Assembly (NCBI GenBank): GCA_054661495.1
Contig: BAAFSQ010000057.1
Coordinates: forward strand, 1 to 32,000
DNA length: 32,000 nucleotides
From: Zygophlyctis sp. KS116
Taxonomy: Eukaryota; Fungi; Chytridiomycota
Direction: 5' to 3'
In this document: piece by piece, positions 1 to 13,100 of the stretch
Layout of the letters: every line of letters begins with the position of its first letter
Numbering within the stretch: the stretch's first letter is position 1
Program-made: the position numbers and the translations under genes
The notes under the pieces: generated by a model
Seen by the model: the letters and a program-made list of their open reading frames with translations, nothing else
What the model was told of the DNA's origin: nothing
Database searches by the model: none

Positions 1-14
1 TCTTAATGCATTAT

Positions 15-104
15 AGGAAAAGGAGTCAAGAAATCTTCAAAGCGCAGATCAGGAAAAGGAGTCAAGAAATCTTCAAAACGTAGATCAGGAAAGGGAGTCA
101 AGAA
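15..104. repeat. 36-bp tandem repeat, about 2.5 copies
   Basis: Unit AGGAAAAGGAGTCAAGAAATCTTCAAAGCGCAGATC at 15-50 and 51-86, partial at 87-104. Confidence 0.9.
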
Positions 105-120
105 AAGTGCAAATTTCTAA
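17..120 (+). CDS. Probable last exon of an upstream gene: basic K/R/S-rich repetitive tail (GKGVKKSSKRRS repeated, ending KKSANF*)
   Basis: Acceptor-like TTATAG at 11-16 and an open frame to TAA at 118-120. Differences between repeat units are synonymous in this frame. The rest of the gene lies outside the window. Confidence 0.45.
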
Positions 121-191
121 ACAGATTTGCTAAAAGTTGAAATCTTTTCAAATAAACTCGTGAAAATAAAAGTCTCTTTGAGATATTTGAC

Positions 192-991
192 TTATTTCCC
201 AAAATTCTTTTGAAAAATCGCATTGTCTATATCAGACACATTCCATTTCGCTGATTCTATATGATTATATATTACTTTTATCCCGTCTAATCTCAACGAT
301 AATTCTCTTGTTTCATTATGCAATAATTTAACAGGATTCCCATCAAGATTTTCAGCAGTAAAATCTACAGATATGATTGCATCCATTAAAATTTCTAGAG
401 ACATAGTATAATGAATTAACTTATATCCTTTTTTCATAGAAATGATCTATTAGATTAGAAAATTTAAATCAATTCTACCCCTATATTTCCAATATGACTC
501 CTTTCTAAACGATCATTATCATTTTGTACTTTAGTTGCAGATTCTAAAAAATCCGTTGAATTATCTAAATCCGTAACCCCAATATTTACTGTTCCAAGAC
601 GCACCGGCTCTTTGACATTTACCGATAATTTCAACGTTGCATTGTTCTCTTCAAAGAATTCATGATGAGACTTGAGCTCCCTGAATAATGAAGGAGTGCA
701 CATATTTTGTAATGCGATTTCATTTTCCTTAAAATCCTGTAAAAGAACAAATAATCGCTTAATCACTGCTGTTGAAAGACTCAACATTGTACTTGTTTCT
801 CGATTAAACATTGTTAATTTCAATAAAAAAACCATGGCCTTATCTAGAAAGGTCCGTTTTTCATCGAATTTTTGCATCCAATTGATTCTTACTTTGGTAT
901 TTCCTAATAAAACTGGATAATTTTTCAAGTGCATCTTCATAACTTGTGTAATTGACGAAAAACATTTCCTGAACCGACCGAATTTCAACAT
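192..991 (-). CDS. Putative mitochondrial Tim44-like (MAIP1/Mba1-type) domain protein, 2 exons
   Basis: ORFs 464-1033 and 192-437 join in frame across a GT-AG intron at 447-478. MLKFGRFRKCFSS resembles a mitochondrial presequence and the C-terminal W-x-V-x-DID resembles the end of a Tim44-like domain. The family call is tentative. Confidence 0.45.
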
Positions 992-1209
992 TTTTAGGAG
1001 GAGGAACAGGTTCAAGTAGTTGATTTTGTTCATTTTATTCTATACTAAATTCATGCATTCATAATTTTCCATGATGGATTCATGATGGATTCATGATTTG
1101 TATTTTGTAAGAACCAATGATACTGTTTGTTTGATTTATAAAAATTTCGGACATGGTTAAGATGGACAGAGTGTAGGAAACAAAAGGCAGGCGAAGGAAC
1201 AAAGAGAGA

Positions 1210-4200
1210 ATGACGGATTACTTTTTAGATAATAGACATGTAAAATTCATGATTGCTAGTAAATCAGGAGATTTGGAAGATTGGAGAATGAAGGAAAGAT
1301 TAAAGACTGTGTCTGTGGTCTTGGTTCTCTGTTTGAATATAGGAATTGATCCGCCAGATGTTACAAAAACTCAACCTTGTTCTAAATTAGAGGCATGGGT
1401 TGATCCATTTTCTTTGCCTCCTCAAAAGGCACTAGAAGCGATTGGGCGAAATTTGCAATCACAGTATGAGGTAATTTAGATTTATCATAATGATCAGGTT
1501 TGGCAGCCAAGAGCTAGGTACAGATTATCACTAGATCCCTCAATTGAAGAAACAAAGAAATTATGTTGTTCTTTGCGTAGGAATGCAAAGGAAGAACGTA
1601 TTCTATTTCATTATAATGGTCATGGAGTTCCAAAACCTACTGCTGGTGGTGAAATTTGGGTGTTTAATAAGAATTATACTCAAGTAAATAATTTTAAAGC
1701 TAAAAATATAGTATATCCCAGTATCTATTTATGATATTCAGACTTGGTTAGGATCTCCTTGCATTTATGTTTACGATTGTAATAACGCAGGGAATATACT
1801 TTATGCTTTTACTAAATTTGCTAAACAAAGAGATTCAGAAATGGCTTTGCATTCCATTAATGTTTCAAAAGATTTACCTCAAACCAACTCTCAAAATGAA
1901 CAAAGTACAGCAAGTTTGGAATCTAGAACTACTGGGCTTTGGACCCCTCTTTCAGAATGTATTCAGTTGGCCGCATGTAGGCCAAATGAGTTATTGCCTA
2001 TGCATCCTGATTTGCCTGCTGATATATTTACTTGCTGCTTGACAACTCCAATTGAAATCGCTCTAAGATGGTTTATTTCAGAAAATCTATTGGTCAAAAA
2101 TATTAATGTTGATATGCTTAAGAAAATTCCAGGGAGATTAAATGATAGAAGAACCCCACTTGGAGAATTAAATTGGATTTTTACTGCCATCACGGATACT
2201 ATAGCCTGGGATACTCTTCCTCATGCACTTTTTCAAAAGCTATTTCGACAAGATTTAATGGTGGCTGCTCTTTTTAGAAATTTCCTACTTGCTGAAAGAA
2301 TTATGAGACATTATGGTTGTCATCCAATGTCTAGCCCAATCATTACAACGACATATCAGCATTCTATGTGGCAAGCATGGGATTTGGCAGTAGATGTTTG
2401 TCTTACTCAGCTTCCAAGTTTGTTGGATGAATCTAAGCCGTATGAATACGTTCATGCAAGTTTCTTTGCGGAGCAGCTAACTGCTTTTGAAGTTGGTCTG
2501 TCCCGCGCTGGTGTATCTAAAAAGCCGCAGATTCAATTACCGATTGTCTTACAAGTTCTTTTAAGTCAGGTTCATCGTTTACGCGCCCTAATGCTTTTAA
2601 GTCGCTTTCTGGATTTGGGCTCCTGGGCAGTTCATCAAGCCCTTTCGGTTGGAATATTCCCTTATGTCTTAAAACTTTTACAAAGTCCAGCTGCTGAATT
2701 GAAGCCTGTTTTAATATTCATCTGGTGCAAAATTTTGGCAGTTGATAAGACATGTAAGGCAGACCTGTTGAAGGATAGTGGGTTCACATACTTTATTGGG
2801 GTTTTAGCCGTTGAAAATGAAAATTCGCTACCAAATATGGCAAACATTTCAGAACATCGAGCTATGTGTGCGTTTATTTTGGCTATGTTTTGCTCATCAT
2901 TTCCATCAGGACAAAAGGTATGTCTTAAAGCAGATCTTTCACAGACTTTACTTCCTCATTTGTCTGATGCGGACCCACTCTTACGACAATGGTCATGTTT
3001 ATGTTTCTTTAAATTCTGGGAATCTAATGAAGAGATTAAAAGTTTGATTATCAAAGAATCAATACACGAGCGTATGATTGATTTGCTTGTGGATCCGGTA
3101 CCTGAAGTTCGTGCTGCTGCGTTAGTGGCATTAGCTAGTTTGATTGGAGATCCTGATAAAATTGAAAATGTGGTCCATTTCGAGACATCTATAATGGCTT
3201 CACTTCTAAATTGCATTCGGGATGCTTCGCCTTTAGTCCGAAAAGAATTAGTCGTTTCATTATCTCACTTTATTTCAGAATATCACTCCAAATTCTTAAC
3301 AGTAGCGGCTGAATTACTTGAAGAAGAAAAGAAGCAGATCGGTGGAACGGTACCCCCGCAGAGAAAAAGGTTTATGCATACAGGAAATGATTCTAGCTCA
3401 ACCATTAGTGGCTGGTCGGATATTCAAAGACAAAATAGGTCTAATCCTATTGGATCTATCTTAAATTCTATATATGGAATATCATGGAAGGCTTTGTTGA
3501 TTCTGTCTACAGATTCTTTTCCATCCGTATCAATTGCTGCTTCTGCGGTTGTTGATAAAATTGTAAAGCAGGTTTCTTCCCTTCCAAAAGCCGAGAATTC
3601 AATTTCTGCAGCTATTCAGACAAACAAAAAGAAAGTTTCAGAAGCATCTTCCACCAGGATGGTTGATGGAAATATTAGACAAATCAAATCCCTTCAAAAC
3701 ATTAACTCTGCTACAGAAATCAATAATGCATCTTCCACTGAGCCATCAATTACAACCACTACTATTGATAAACTTTCACGGACAATTCGAAGGTCGGCTT
3801 CCCTAGCATTTAACACACTATTTGCCGGCAATTCTTCAGATTTAGAGCCAAGTTCTTCACAGCCTGCAACTGATAAAAATCCACAATCAGAAGCACCTAC
3901 AAAGGAACTTGAATCAACTCTTGACGATGAAGCATATTCGGACGATGATTCTCGAATCAGCATTGTAACATATTTTTTCGAATGGAGCTGCAGATACTTT
4001 TGTGAACCCCAAATGAAAGTGCTCGAAGGGGATGATCCTGGTACTAAACAATTTAATGAGAAACTATGGCGGCATGAGAGAAATGAAACCGTATTAGCTG
4101 CTGTAAAAGAAATCAAAATATCTACATGTAATATCATCGTATTTAAATTTAGATTTAAAAACGAATGAAGATCCGATTTGTTCATTCCATGATGATTTTC

Positions 4201-5315
4201 ATGCGGTAATTAACGCAGTCTTTCACCCTTATTCCGACCATTTTGTCAGTGTGGATTCATTTAGTCGAATCAGGTAATATTTTATATTTGAAGAAAAAGC
4301 ATCTATGATTGGAAAATTAAGTCTAAATTACATTCGTTTGTCAATCAAAATCCGTATGGTAGTCAAGTTAGTTCGATTAGATTTATAAATGAGGAGAATA
4401 TGTCACTATTGCTAGTAGCATCGGGTAGTTCATAAATATATAACGTTGATTAGATGAAGGAATAATTCGTCTTTATGACAAATATGATACCGAAGATTCA
4501 TATTTACTATCATCTTGGAAAGGATTAACTAATGTTCTACATCCTATTCCTTCAAAAGGCAAAGGGGTGATTTTGGATTGGAAAAATGGCTCATTGGCAG
4601 TTGGAGGAAACTCTCCTTTTGTTAGACTTTGGGATGCCAGTAGTGAACTGTGTGTGTCTGTAAGTTTGATCGTGCTAGAATCAGCTCATAATTTCTCGCT
4701 TTCTTTTCGATAATTAATTTCAAGGAAATTTGTACTTCATCAGATTCGCCTGTCACCAATTTAAGTTTTTGTCACAATCAAAATTTATTGGCGGTAGGAT
4801 TTAAAGACGGAATGTTAAAATTATTTGATTCCAGGACATCTAGGTGATGAAATTAGGCTTTAATAAGTATAGTCTTGTCAAAGATTTTTCAAAAGGCCAC
4901 GAAAAACAAATCTTAAAGTTGCGCTTTAGTGGCGATGCAATAGTTTCTGCTGGTTCCGATGGACTAGTAAAATTTTGGGACATTCGCCAAAATGATTCTG
5001 TGCAAGAATTTTCTATGGGATTAGAAAATTCAATAAATGCAGCTGATATTCATCCTGAAATGTTTGTGATTGGATGGTAAGAATTGCAGAGATAAAGTAA
5101 TCATTAGTGGGAATTCTACTCAATGTATTAAATTATTTTCTCCCGGTGGGTCCAATTTAGGTTCTGTTGCATATTTAAACAATTACCTTCATCAGAAAAC
5201 AGACCCGATTTCAATCCTAGTATTTCATCCGAAAAGACTTTTGCTCGCATCATGCTTATCTAATTCTTTTGGAATTTCTATTTTCGACCTCAATAATAAT
5301 TTCGGACATACTTGA
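1210..5315 (+). CDS. KOG1: TORC1 subunit Raptor/Kog1 (RNC domain, HEAT repeats, WD40), about 8 introns
   Basis: Motifs [73 protein letters not shown] and [19 protein letters not shown], followed by C-terminal WD40 exons. Introns include 1471-1497 and 1684-1711. The true start may be slightly upstream. Confidence 0.97.
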
Positions 5316-5394
5316 AGAGAAAAGGCTTTTGGTGGCTTTTCTCATACATACACACGCCCATTTTAGCCCTTTAAGAACGTTGAAACGTTAAAAC

Positions 5395-6458
5395 ATGCTA
5401 AATTTACAAGCTCCAGCGCATAATATATCCGCAACAGAAACGTTTTCATTGAGTCTTGACCCGAATCCCTCATTTGAAAGTGTTGAAAGATTATGTAAAA
5501 TATTTGGCAATGCTTTAAAAATGATCAAGATCAATGGCGCCCTCACAAATTCTGTTTATAAAGTATATCTGCAAGACAAAATAATATTGCTAAGGATATA
5601 TGGTTTAAATTCGGAAACTTTTATTGATAGGTCATTTGAATTGAATTGCTTCATTAGAATGTCCGAACTTGGGCTTGGCCCAAAATGTTTAGCAACATTC
5701 ACAAATGGAAGAATTGAAGAGTATTTGAATTCAGAAACTCTAAACTCTCAATCAATAAGATCAGAATCTCTAGCGATAGCAGAGGCGTTGGTTCATTTGC
5801 ATAACGTATCGTATGATTCTCCTTTGATGCTCTGGGATAGATTGTTCAAATGGTATGATTTAGCATTAAATTCGGTGGATGAACTAACGAAGAATGGAAT
5901 ATATATTTTTCAGGATTTGGATCTGCAATCTCTTGGTAACTTTATTTATGATTAATTGCATCAGGAAAAGATATACAATACTTAAAAGAAAGGGTCAAAT
6001 CAGGGATATTGGTTTTCTCTCATAATGATTTACAGTATGGAAATATTATCAGACTTTCAGAAACCAAAGAACTAGTGTTTCTAGATTATGAGTATGCTGG
6101 CACAAATTACATGGAATATGATTTTGCTAATCACTTTTGCGAATGGATGGCTAATTATCATTCATCTACGCCCCATATTCTTGCCAAGAATCTTTATCCA
6201 ACCAATGAAGAACAGCTAGCATTCATAACTCATTATCTGAATAGTCAAAAATTGTTTGGATACAGTCAAATGGCTAGCGCAGAAGAAATATTAACTAGAA
6301 CCCCATACTTTACGGCGATCTCACATTTACTTTGGGGCTTTTGGGGAATTTTTAGAGGTATGGCTTTATTAAACATTCCAAGTGATTTCGATTATCTTTC
6401 CTATGGTCTTGGGAGAATTCTGATGTATTTTGAATTAAAACCAGAATTGAACCTTTAA
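5395..6458 (+). CDS. Choline/ethanolamine kinase, 2 exons
   Basis: GALTN, LLRIYG, NGRIEEY, Brenner motif FSHNDLQYGNI, and LDYEYA...DFANHFCEW. Intron at about 5936-5964. Confidence 0.93.
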
Positions 6459-6460
6459 CT

Positions 6461-6901
6461 TTACTGATATTGGGTCTTAGCCATTTCCTGAATATCGAAA
6501 ACACTCCGTGCATTCTTGAGTTCCTTGTCTAATGCAAGTAATTCTCTTGCTCTATAATACTGTTTTGGATAAGATGATAATGCTTGCAGAAAATGTGCTG
6601 TTTTAGGATTTTTCTTACAGATCTTGTCTACATTTGCAACCAAATTCATCAGATATTCTTGTAATAATTCATCCATTAATTGAACAGAGTCCTGCTGAGG
6701 AAAATCCCCAAAAGCATACATCAATGCAGCAATATCTTTTTCCGGCATCATAGGCTTCTTTTTATCTTTGACTAAAGTGAAGATTACTGAATCGTCCGTT
6801 TTCATTTCCTCAGTATTAACTTCTACTACCATTTCCTCATCTGAATCATCTGAAGCTTCTGAAGTAATAGGAACTGGTTTAAGAGATGATCTTGTTTTCA
6901 T
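6461..6901 (-). CDS. TAF13: TFIID subunit TAF13 (TFIID-18kDa family)
   Basis: DIAALMYAFGD...SVQLMDELLQEY...RARELLALDKELKNARSVFD. First ATG at 6901. Confidence 0.88.
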   Translation of the reverse strand: MKTRSSLKPVPITSEASDDSDEEMVVEVNTEEMKTDDSVIFTLVKDKKKPMMPEKDIAALMYAFGDFPQQDSVQLMDELLQEYLMNLVANVDKICKKNPKTAHFLQALSSYPKQYYRARELLALDKELKNARSVFDIQEMAKTQYQ

Positions 6902-7149
6902 AGAGATAAATGTAAAACTCAAACCTCATCCGTGAATCCGGTTCTGTTTTACATATCATTCATATCATTTAGTGTTTTACACATCATTTAGTGTCTTGAT
7001 TCTCGAGTATATTAAATTGGCTAAATTAGACAAAGCCTTTATCTAGAATCCAGTGCGCACTTGAAGAAACCTGATCAGAAATTTAAATCGGACGAATAAC
7101 TCAAATTATGTATGCAAAACGTAAAACTAAGCTCCAGCCAAATTCAAGT

Positions 7150-8106
7150 TCATATATTCATAGATGGGATATCAGTTGATTCACTAAGCCATTTAAAGTA
7201 GTCTGGATGTTTTTCAAGTATTAGCCATTCTGACATTCCATATTTTCTAAATTGCTTACAAAATCCCATCAGTGTAGTATCATAATCATGATGCATGATT
7301 GCACAAGGCTCAAAATCAAGTATGTTGTTTGATTGTCTTAATTTGATACAAAAGTCTATATCCTCATAAGCCGAGTCTGGAAATTGTTCATCAAATTTAA
7401 TTCCACATTTGAGATTAATTCCAAAATTGCAAGTCGGAGCATAGAGTAATTCTTGATTAGATTTCCAAAGTAATCTTCCATTCAGTGTACCAAATAGATC
7501 ATGGTATAATGAAACTGAATCTTTTCTGATTGCTTTTGTAATTCCACCAACTGCAATTGAATTATTCTGTAATCTGCGTATCATACTTGAAGCCCAATTT
7601 TTATCAGCAATACAATCAGCATCAAGAAAGAGAATGTAGTTTATGGAGCCCAACATTTTACAGACTTCTAGTCCGATATTCCTTGCAGCAGCTGGACCAG
7701 AATTCTCATTCAACCTGAAAATAAATGAATCTTCTTTAAATGGGATTGGAGAAGCATCATCAATGATCAATACCAAATCAACTTGCTTACAAACTGACAA
7801 AACTGCCATGTGAAGCTGTTTTGCCTCTTGATCGTTTCTGATATATGCAGGGATTATAACTGCATTGTTGGCTGGAGAGAGAGAAATTTTGGACTTTATA
7901 CATTGGACAAACTCCAAAAGGGACGTCCGATCATCAACTCTTTGTTTTCTACGAATAGATTTTGGAGAATGCCTGCCCAGAGCATAAGAAATTCTTGCAA
8001 GTATTCTAAGAATAACCAAGAATATTTTAGGCATGATCCCAAGTTTCATTTTCAGGATTTGATAAATTTCGGAATTCAATTCAACAAGAAAGCTGCCAAA
8101 AGTCAT
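7150..8106 (-). CDS. Family 2 glycosyltransferase, intronless, bacterial-like
   Basis: GT-A fold motifs VIIPAY, IIDDASP, NSGPAAARNIG, FLDADC (DxD) and FDEQF...EDIDFC. Start at 8106 or 8049. Confidence 0.88.
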   Translation of the reverse strand: MTFGSFLVELNSEIYQILKMKLGIMPKIFLVILRILARISYALGRHSPKSIRRKQRVDDRTSLLEFVQCIKSKISLSPANNAVIIPAYIRNDQEAKQLHMAVLSVCKQVDLVLIIDDASPIPFKEDSFIFRLNENSGPAAARNIGLEVCKMLGSINYILFLDADCIADKNWASSMIRRLQNNSIAVGGITKAIRKDSVSLYHDLFGTLNGRLLWKSNQELLYAPTCNFGINLKCGIKFDEQFPDSAYEDIDFCIKLRQSNNILDFEPCAIMHHDYDTTLMGFCKQFRKYGMSEWLILEKHPDYFKWLSESTDIPSMNI

Positions 8107-8216
8107 TAAGCTCGCATCAAAAAGCTTCTGATACTGTATTCAAGATCTTTGAAGCTTGCATTTAGACTTTAAGTTCCTGATGTCGTTTTTGGAATCAGAA
8201 ACCCTCAAAAATTGAC

Positions 8217-10026
8217 ATGAAAGAATGGAAAGCTGTCCGTCAAAGTAATGAACCTTATCAAGAGGTTGTGATCCATGGTTGCGATTATAATCTGACAGAT
8301 TCTGAATTATTTGCGGCTCTTCGAAGAGTAAGAAGAATGTTTTTATACAAGGAAAATGCTAATATTGCCAATGCAAGTATTTGCAGAGATAAAGACACTG
8401 GAATATCAAAGGGAATCGGATTTGCTACTTTTAGCTCATTGCAAGAGTATATTAAAGGATTAAAGACAATAGTGCCAAAGAATTCATAGAAAAAACCTCT
8501 GGCCTTTTAAGGTTTGGAGATAGAGTGCTAAGAATGGAATATAGAAAGAATAATAGTTGGATCTGTGAAGTTTGTGGACATTTGAAGTAAGGTTTTTGTT
8601 TTTCGAATTACTAGCTACAAAAAGACTGAAAAAGGATGCAGAAAGTGTTATGTGCCAGAATTGGAATATACGAATGATGGGACAGGAGATATTGGATCAG
8701 TGCCATCATATGTGGTTCTGGTTAGAGGTCTAGATCCTCTAACAAAAGAAGATACAGTGCGGCTAATCTTGAAAATATAGTTTGCTTACTTTTATAGATA
8801 TTCACCTCCTTAAAGAAAAGGAGTTTGGACTTGATACATATTCGATTGGTCAAAAGCAAAGAGACTGGAGCTTCTATGGGATTTTGCTTTTTGATGTTTT
8901 CAGACGTTGAAAACGCTACCAAATTGGTTCATGATGCATACGTTAATCCAGTTTCTATAAATGGCAAATATCTTTCAATTACATATTCACATCCAAATAG
9001 TTTTGTTCCGGTTTATGGATCCTCAGAATGGATTACATATTCTTACTTGGACACAGAATATAATTTGGTAGAAATCACGTATTGGGATGAATTATATTAT
9101 ACAAAAGAATATCCAAAATCTCCTCCGATTGATCCATCATTAATAAAAGGTAAATGGGTCCCTCCAGAAGTTTTGAAAGCTCAGGAAGCCTTGGTTTCAG
9201 AAGACGCCTCTTTAGCTGAAAATGAAGGTTCAACAACTGTTACTAAAGAACCTGTTATATATGATCAGCAAAAAAAGAACGATTCAAATGATTTAGAACC
9301 GGAATCATCACCTAATTTGCATGTTACCAAGAAGAAAAAGATTATAAATCCTAAAGATAAAACATCTGTCCAAATCCTGAAATGGCAAGAACGCCAAGAA
9401 GAATTAGCGCAGCCTTTAGACGATGAAACCGTAGACATTTCTGATGAATCTTTAAAAAAAGTAAAGCATCTAATTTTTCTGACTTTATAGAAGCTTCCTT
9501 CTGAAGAGGAATTAAATCAACGTTATCAAGACTTGAACTTAATAGCATGCTTACTCTGTGAAAGACAATTTAAAAGTGTAGAAACTCTGAAAAAGCATCA
9601 ATTGAAATCTGAACTTCATCGTGTATATTTTATATATTTCATTATTAGGCAAATATGGATCATTTGATTGAGAAAAAAATTGAAGAACTTCGTGATCAAA
9701 TCTCTAATGAGAAAGATTCACAATATCGTGACAGAGCGCTTGAAATGAGAAAGATGCATGGTTCTGGAAAAAAGATTGCATTTTCAGTAAAATCAAACAT
9801 GGCTCGTAAAAAAATCAAACCATTAGTATCTATTTCAAAGCCGATTTCTGAAGAAAATATTGGGAATAAAATGCTTAAAAAAATGGGATGGAAGTCTGGT
9901 GAGGGCTTGGGGGCAAATAAAGATGGGATAAAAGAACCAATTGCGGTATTTAATTTTTTGTAATTATAGACTACCAAATATGCGTCTGGAGCAGGACTGG
10001 GATCCATGTCTAGAAGCAGAATGTAG
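8217..10026 (+). CDS. RBM5/RBM10-like splicing factor (RRM, RanBP2 ZnF, RRM, C2H2, G-patch), about 6 introns
   Basis: [48 protein letters not shown]...KHQLKSELH and [19 protein letters not shown]. Exons join through short GT-AG introns and end at TAG 10024-10026. Confidence 0.87.
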
Positions 10027-10116
10027 AATGCATGTCTAAAAATAGTAATAGATTGTAGAATGCATGTCTGAATTAAGTAGAAGCATTTTCTTTACGTTTT
10101 GAGTGAAAAATTTTAA

Positions 10117-13100
10117 ATGTCGCTGAGATTTGATGGGAAAGTTGTTATTGTAACCGGAGCCGGAGGAGGTATTTTTTAATATTCATTACATCAGGTCTCG
10201 GAAAGGCATACTCTGAATTCTTTGCATCCAGAGGTAACTTTCTCTAATGTTATAATTAGGCGCATCGGTTGTTGTAAACGATCTCGGAGGTTCGCATACT
10301 GGCGACGGAAAAGGGAATTCTAGAGTAGTTTCAATTTAGTAACTCTAGGCTGCAGATGTTGTTGTTGCAGAAATTATTAAAAATGGAGGAAAAGCAGTCG
10401 CCAATTATGATTCGGTAGAAAATGGAGAAAAAATTGTTGCTACTGCATTACAAGCTTTTGGAAGAATTGACATATTGATTAATAATGCTGGTATTCTACG
10501 TGATAAATCATTCTCAAAAATGTCGGATAATGATTGGGATTTAATTATGGCTGTTCATGTTAAAGGATCTTATAAAGTTGCAAAGGCGGCATGGGATCAT
10601 ATGATTAAACAAGGATATGGAAGAATTATTAATACAGCTTCGGCAGGTAAGAAATCCGAAACGCTATTTTTAAATCTTGAAACTTCGCAATAATTATTCT
10701 AAAATTTAGCTGGGATTTATGGAAATTTTGGTCAAGCGAATTATTCTGCTGGTAAGATATATGATTTTTGATGTTAGCTAAACTAGGGCTTTTTGGATTG
10801 ACAAATGCATTAGCTAGAGAAGGAGAAAGAAAAAATGTGTTTTGCAATACAATCGCACCATTGGCGGCTTCTAGACTCACTGAAACTATTATGCCTCCTG
10901 ATATGCTCGCAGCTCTAAAACCTGAATTCATTACTCCATTGGTGGCTTATCTTTGTCATGAATCATGTAAAGAAAATGGATCTTTATTTGAAGTTGGTGC
11001 AGGATGGGTCGGTAAATTGCGATGGGAAAGAAGTAAAGGTGCTGTTTTTAAAGCTGATTCTACATTTACTCCAGCTTCAGTTGGGTCAAAGTGGAAAGAA
11101 ATAACAGACTTTAAGAATCCAGACTATCCCAAATCTATCATGGATACTGATTGGGTTGGTCTTTTGGAAAAAGCCAAGGAATTACCTGGAAATCCAAACG
11201 CTCCTCCTATCAGATTTGATGGTCGTGTAGTGATTGTAACTGGTGCTGGGAATGGATTGGGAAGAGCATATGCGCTTTTATTCGGAAAAGTATCTATTGA
11301 AGTAAATAATACATAGCTTGGTGCGAGCGTTGTTGTAAACGATTTGGGAAGCCCTGTAAACGGAAAACCTGCTGCTGCCGATAAAGTTGTAAATGAAATT
11401 TTAGCGGCTGGTGGAAATGCAGTTGCAAATTATGATTCTGTCGAAAATGGAGACAAAATTGTTGAGCAGGCTCTTAAAACATTTGGAAAGGTTGATGTTT
11501 TAGTAAATAATGCCGGAATACTTCGTGATAAATCGTTTATAAAAATGACAGATCAGGATTGGGATATAGTGCAGCGCGTACATTTAAGAGGATCATACAA
11601 GACAGCAAAAGCTGTATGGCCAGTATTCTTGAAGCAAAAATATGGGCGTATCATAAATACTTCATCTGCTGTTGGGTTGCAGGGTAACTTTGGTCAGGCC
11701 AATTACAGTTCTGGTAATTTTATCATGTTTTCAACATAAAGCAAAGGCTGCTCTGATTGCTTTTAGTAACACTTTGGCATTGGAGGGATCCAGAGCGAAT
11801 ATAGTGGTTAATACAATCGCTCCAAATGCTGGAACGGCCATGACAGCCACTGTTATGCCACCGGAAATGGTAGAAGCTTTAAAGCCCGACTATGTAGCTC
11901 CTTTGGTTTGTTATCTAGCGCATGAAAACAATAAAGAATCTGGCTCTATTTTTGAAGTTGGATCTGGATGGATTGCCAAAGTTCGCTGGCAAAGGTCTGG
12001 AGGAGTTGGATTTCCAGTTAATGAAACTCTTCTGCCTGAGCAGATTGCCTCAGAGTGGACACGTATAACTAATTTCAATGACGGGCGTGCAACTTATCCA
12101 TTGACTACACAAGATTCTTTCAGTGCAGTCCAAGGAAATTTCCAAAACGTTTCTAAAAAATCTCAGGGCTCAAGCAAGTCGCAAACAAAAGGCACAATTG
12201 ATGTGGAAAAGGCAAAGGAAGTTGTTATGAAAAGTGCTTCTTTCGAATATTCAGAGCGCGATGCGATTCTTTACGCATTAGGACTTGGCGCAAAGCGTAC
12301 TGACTTGAATCTTGTGTATGAAAATGATGAAAACTTTATGACTCTTCCTACATTTGGTGTAATTCCCGCATTCTCCTACCAAATCAATAACGTTTCCCTT
12401 GGGGATTATCTTCCTGATTTTAATCCGGTATTTGCATTATACTTTTTACTTGTCATAGATGATGCTTCTCCACGGTGAACAATATTTAGAGATCAAAAAG
12501 CCTCTTGCAACCTCTGGAAAATTGATTTCCACTGGAAGAATTGTTGATATTCTTGACAAGGGATCTGGAGCAGCAGTAACTGTTGGTGTTACATCAAAAG
12601 ATGCATCGGGAGACATAGTGACCGAAAACGAGTTTACCATGTTTATCAGGGGATTGGGAGGATTCGGTGGTCGCAAAGAAGGAACTGACCGAGGTGCCGC
12701 AACTGCCTCTAACGTACCTCCTTCACGTGCCCCTGATGCTATTCTATCTGAAAAGACAAGTGAGGATTTGGCAGCGATTTATCGGTACTTTACTTTTTTA
12801 ATATAATTAGACTCTCTGGAGACTATAATCCACTACATATTGATCCAAACATGTCTGCCATGGGTGGTTTTACTGTTCCAATTCTTCATGGCTTAGCAAC
12901 ATTTGGAATTGCAGGAAAACATGTTCTTAAAGCCTTTTGTGGAAATGATTCTTCTAAATTCAAGTCTATAAAGGTAAGTTTTCTATTCTAATTTCTAGGT
13001 AAGATTTGCAAAACATGTCTTCCCAGGCGAGACTATTGAAACCCATATGTGGAAAGAAGGATCCAAGGTTATATTCCAAGTCAAAGTTGTTGAAAGAAAC

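Noticed and set aside
15-104. 36-bp repeats resembling a CRISPR array
   Set aside because: The units are contiguous with no spacers, the context is eukaryotic and the variation is codon-synonymous.
1480-1840. Apparent frameshifts and stops suggesting pseudogenes or a non-standard genetic code
   Set aside because: Each break examined is resolved by a short GT-AG intron under the standard code.
3694-4185. 163-aa minus-strand ORF and other short ORFs antisense to or overlapping Raptor, FOX2, HMG1 and the RBM gene
   Set aside because: They lie within well-supported genes and carry no recognisable motifs.
4660-4724. Longer (~60-65 nt) introns in Raptor and FOX2 (~10646-10708) as snoRNA hosts
   Set aside because: Too short, with no ordered C/D or H/ACA boxes seen.
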